From Zygnema circumcarinatum SAG 698-1b (taxonomy: Eukaryota; Plantae; Zygnematophyceae), in the NCBI GenBank assembly GCA_037447605.1, contig CM074819.1, positions 248,001 to 312,000 of the forward strand: DNA of 64,000 nt, written 5' to 3'. Position 1 is the first letter of the stretch. Every line of letters begins with the position of its first letter. The position numbers and the translations under genes were made by a program. Below, one piece after another: positions 60,619 to 64,000 of this stretch. Under the pieces are notes generated by a model that was not told the DNA's origin, ran no database searches, and worked only from the letters and a program-made list of their open reading frames with translations.

Positions 60619-63288
60619 ACTCACCATGGGATGAACAAGAGGAGCACGACGTTTTGGATGCCCTTCATATGGTTCAAATGGTTAGTTTTTTCTGAGCAGT
60701 AGCCGGTCTCGCATTCTCCATGTTCAGATCGAGACTCCTTTAGGGAGAAGCATATCGCTACACAGCGTCTGACTGCCATGCATTGCTTTGCTGTTGCAGT
60801 CCAAGGCTACGATTGCGGTGGGCCCAAGATGGAACCTTGATGGCTTCCTCGAAACCATGAGCAAGTTGTCACTAGCCCATGAAACGTTGGCAAAATATCA
60901 GAGTGCGGAGGGGGTAGAGATCGCCAAGACGCAGTTAGAAGTAGGACTCGCCAGTCTGGAGGAGGAGTTTGAAGATGCTCTTCGGAAACATAGGTGAGCC
61001 GAGAGGCGTGTGTTTCAGTGAACTTGCATGTCACAACATGGGTGAAAATGCATCTTTGCGGGGGTGGACTTTGTTCACCCCCCGTTTTTGTTTTCTTCCT
61101 GCTTATTTACACCAATGATTGGGCCGCTGCTCCTGCAGCAAACCCTTACATTACGAGCAGATGCAAGAGTTGGCCAAGTTGGACGGTGCTGCTATAATGG
61201 ACATTGGCTCGTGTCCCCCCCCCGCCTCGCCGGCCTCCTCTGAAGACGCGAGTGTTTCCACTCCCACAAGGAGTGCTCTTCTAGAATGGCTTCCAGCAAA
61301 TGCAGTGCCGTACCTCCATAGAATGGTGGCAGAAATGCATAAAAGGGGGGCGGGAAAACGCTGCATTGATTCGTACAAGTGAGGCCCTCACTCTTCCTTC
61401 TTCCTGTTCTGTGCTCCTCTTTCGGCTCCATTCTCAATTCTATTCAATTCGTGTTGTCAGAGCTGTCATGAGTTTTAAGGTTTTGGACCATTGCAGCATC
61501 GGCGTCTTTATTCCATTCATTTCCATTGCGGCTATGGGTTATTCTTGTTCTGTTTCGCAGACGAGTGAGGGCTTCTGCTTTAAAGCAGTGCATGGTAAAT
61601 ATGAACTTGAAGTTGCCGCCTGCTGCGGAGCTTGAGGAAGGACAGTGGCCCGAGGTGGAAGTGCTGATGAAGACGTGGATGCGCAACACAAACATTTTGG
61701 TAATTCTTCATTGTAGATTTCAATTTAAGCTGCCGAACAAAGTACTTTATTAGTGCTGGGCACCCTTTTCTCCTCTATTTTCTCTAATAAATCATGCTCA
61801 TATGCCTGTTCTTGAGGACGTCAATCTCCAGGTGAAGGTTCTGCTAGGAGGCGAAGCTGCATTGCTCAGACAAGTCCTGGAGGGACTCTGCGATGACCTG
61901 AGGGGTCCCTTGAGGGACCTCTGCGAGCAGGCCCACGTTTTGGAGTTTCTCCTTCTCTTGCTCCGAAGTGCGAGATTGATCGCGAGAGGCCGAAAACTCC
62001 CTGAACGGATTTTTGCGTTGTTGGACATGTACACCGTTATTCGCAAAGTGGAGTCAAGGGTACGGACATGCCGCTCCCAGTTAGGCAGTGCAGCGCTTTG
62101 TCTGGACATAACTTTCCGTTCCTTCCTTTTTTTTAAAGCAAGGGGCAGCATGCACCTTTTTGTCAGTTGGCTATGTTCTAAGCTGCTGTTCGTGGCTTTG
62201 CTCTTTCCCAGATATTTCTGATCGCGGGGGAGTCGGGGAATTCGGAAGTGAGAGACTTATTGTTAAAGATGCCGTTGACTTTATCGGAGGCAGCGTCTGC
62301 CACGTTTTCCGGATTTCGGCAAATATTGGACGACAGCTATGTGGCGAGTGCCCCTCGCCAGACCCCTTTCATCAGGTCCATCTTCGAACGCATCCGTTGA
62401 AAAAACTCTATTCTCCGCGTATTCTCATGTGTTTCTATGTATGAATGGTAGGTTTTGAAGCATAGCAGATTTGTAAGGCTTCGAATGAGCCTTGTCTCTT
62501 TCTCCTTTACTTCGCCTCACAATCTTTGTTTTTCCTCCCTTTATATCCCGCATTTTTCCTCCCTTCCCCTTTCTCCTCCCTCCCTCCCTCTTACAGAATG
62601 AGCTTGGCATTTGCCTCTTTGATTTCTGCTCACGTTTTCTGAGCTTGAAATTGTCGCGGAAACTGTTTTTTGTATGGCTAATTTATGTTTTGAGATCCTG
62701 TCCGTGGTTGCAGATTTCCCTGGAGGGCTCAAGTTTCAGAAGCGGAAGAAGTGCTGCCCCCTGATGGCAGTGTGCATGCGACGACGAGCTATGTGGTAAA
62801 TTATGTGAAGCCGTTCCTTTGCAGGTCAGCTCCTCACCTTCGCCCTTCCCTGCTTTTCAAGAATGCAGTTCCTGCACATGCGTCGTCAGGAGACGACGAG
62901 GGTTCGCAGATGCCTCCAAATACCCATCCACTCGTGTGGATTGATGAAAGTATTTTGGCGATGTGGGGAATGTGGTGTTGGCAGAGGTCGAGGACGAGAC
63001 CATGGAGCCCTTCTGGAGGAGCTGCTCAGCATTGAGGCTGCGAAGAGAGAGGGAGAGAGAGAGGGAGAGGGAGAGGGCGAGGGAGAAGGAGAGGGAGAGG
63101 GAGAGGGAAAGGGAGAGGGAGAGGGAGTGCGAGAGGGAGAGGAGGTGCGGTCCCTTGTGAGCGGCGAGTGCGGTGCGCTGCTGGGCGCGTTGGGGCGGTG
63201 CTTGGAGAGGTTGGCGAGGGGGAGTCAGGACGCGGCGCTGAGGGAACTCTTCCTCATGAACAACTGCAACTACGTGCAGCATGCCATG
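60619..63288 (+). CDS. EXO70: Exocyst subunit EXO70 (diverged); possible first exon 59031-59146; gene continues beyond the window
   Basis: Exons 60800-60993 (LASLEEEF), 61139-61378, 61561-61699 (WPEVEVLMKTWM), 61832-62059 (KLPERIFALLDMY), 62212-62375, 62714-62824 (DGSVHATTSYVVNYVK) and ending 63288 (QDAALRELFLMNNCNYV). Confidence 0.88.
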
Positions 63289-63304
63289 TGCGTGCCGCTT
63301 GCAT

Positions 63305-64000
63305 GGGGTGGAGGGAGAGGGAGAGAGGAGAGGAGAGAGAAGAGAGGAGAGAGGGGAGGGAGGGAGAGAGGAGAGAGGAGAGAGAGAGAGAGAGGAGAGA
63401 GAGAGAGGAGAGAGGAGAGAGGCGAGGGAGAGAGGAGAGAGGAGAGAGGGAGAGAGAGAGAGAGAGAGAGGAGAAGAAGCAGAGGAGAGGAGGAGAGGGA
63501 GAGACAGGAAAGGGAGAGGAGAGAGGAGAGAAAGAGGAGAGAGGAGAGAGGAGAGAGGAGAGAGGAGAGAGGGAGAGAGGGAGAGAGAGAGAGAGAGAGG
63601 AGAGAGGAGAGAGGAGAGAGGAGAGAGGAGAGAGGAGAGAGGGAGAGAGGGAGAGAGGAGAGAGGAGAGAGGAGAGAGAGAGAGGAGAGAGGAGAGAGGA
63701 GAGAGGAGAGAGAGAGAGAGGAGAGAGGAGAGAGGCGAGAGGAGAGAGGAGAGAGGAGAGAGGAGAGAGGAGAGAGGAGAGAGGAGAGGAGAGAGGAGAG
63801 AGGAGAGAGGAGAGAGGAGAGAGGAGAGAGGAGAGAGGAGAGAGGAGAGAGGAGAGAGGAGAGAGGAGAGGAGGAAAGAGAGGGAGAGAGGAGAGGAGAG
63901 AGGAGAGAGGAGAGAGGAGAGAGGAGAGAGGAGGAGGAGGAGAGGAGAGAGGGAGGAGAGAGAGAGGAGGAGAGGAGAGAGGAGAGGAGAGAGAGAGAGG
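63305..64000. repeat. (GAGAG)n low-complexity tract in an EXO70 intron
   Basis: Direct reading. Confidence 0.93.

Noticed and set aside
1-64000. rRNA, tRNA or snRNA genes
   Set aside because: No recognisable conserved motifs or cloverleaf seen by eye; a covariance-model scan (tRNAscan-SE, Infernal/Rfam) would be needed to exclude them.

Overview
Intron-rich eukaryotic genomic DNA with plant-type genes, GT-AG introns, GA/CT-rich intronic microsatellites and three 10-N assembly gaps. The lineage is inferred to be streptophyte (probably an alga); this is not proven. Left to right: Ku70 (-, 3' end runs out of the window), head-to-head with PDRG1 (+); SPX-MFS/PHT5 vacuolar phosphate transporter (+); an NXPE/PC-esterase-like SGNH gene (+) convergent with a UTR2/UTR4-type nucleotide-sugar transporter (-), separated by decayed partial duplicates of both; a second NXPE-like paralogue (+); a nest of foldback MITEs with 8-bp target-site duplications; a decayed, intron-containing Crypton-like tyrosine-recombinase element (NDC10_II-like plus GCR1_C-like); a GALS/GT92 glycosyltransferase carrying two tandem PAN/Apple exons (+); and a diverged EXO70 (+, continues past the window). 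No rRNA, tRNA or CRISPR array was seen. Gene models were built by hand from splice sites and by recalled similarity to known proteins; no database search was run. The most notable items are the Crypton-like element, the PAN2-GT92 fusion and the NXPE-like pair.
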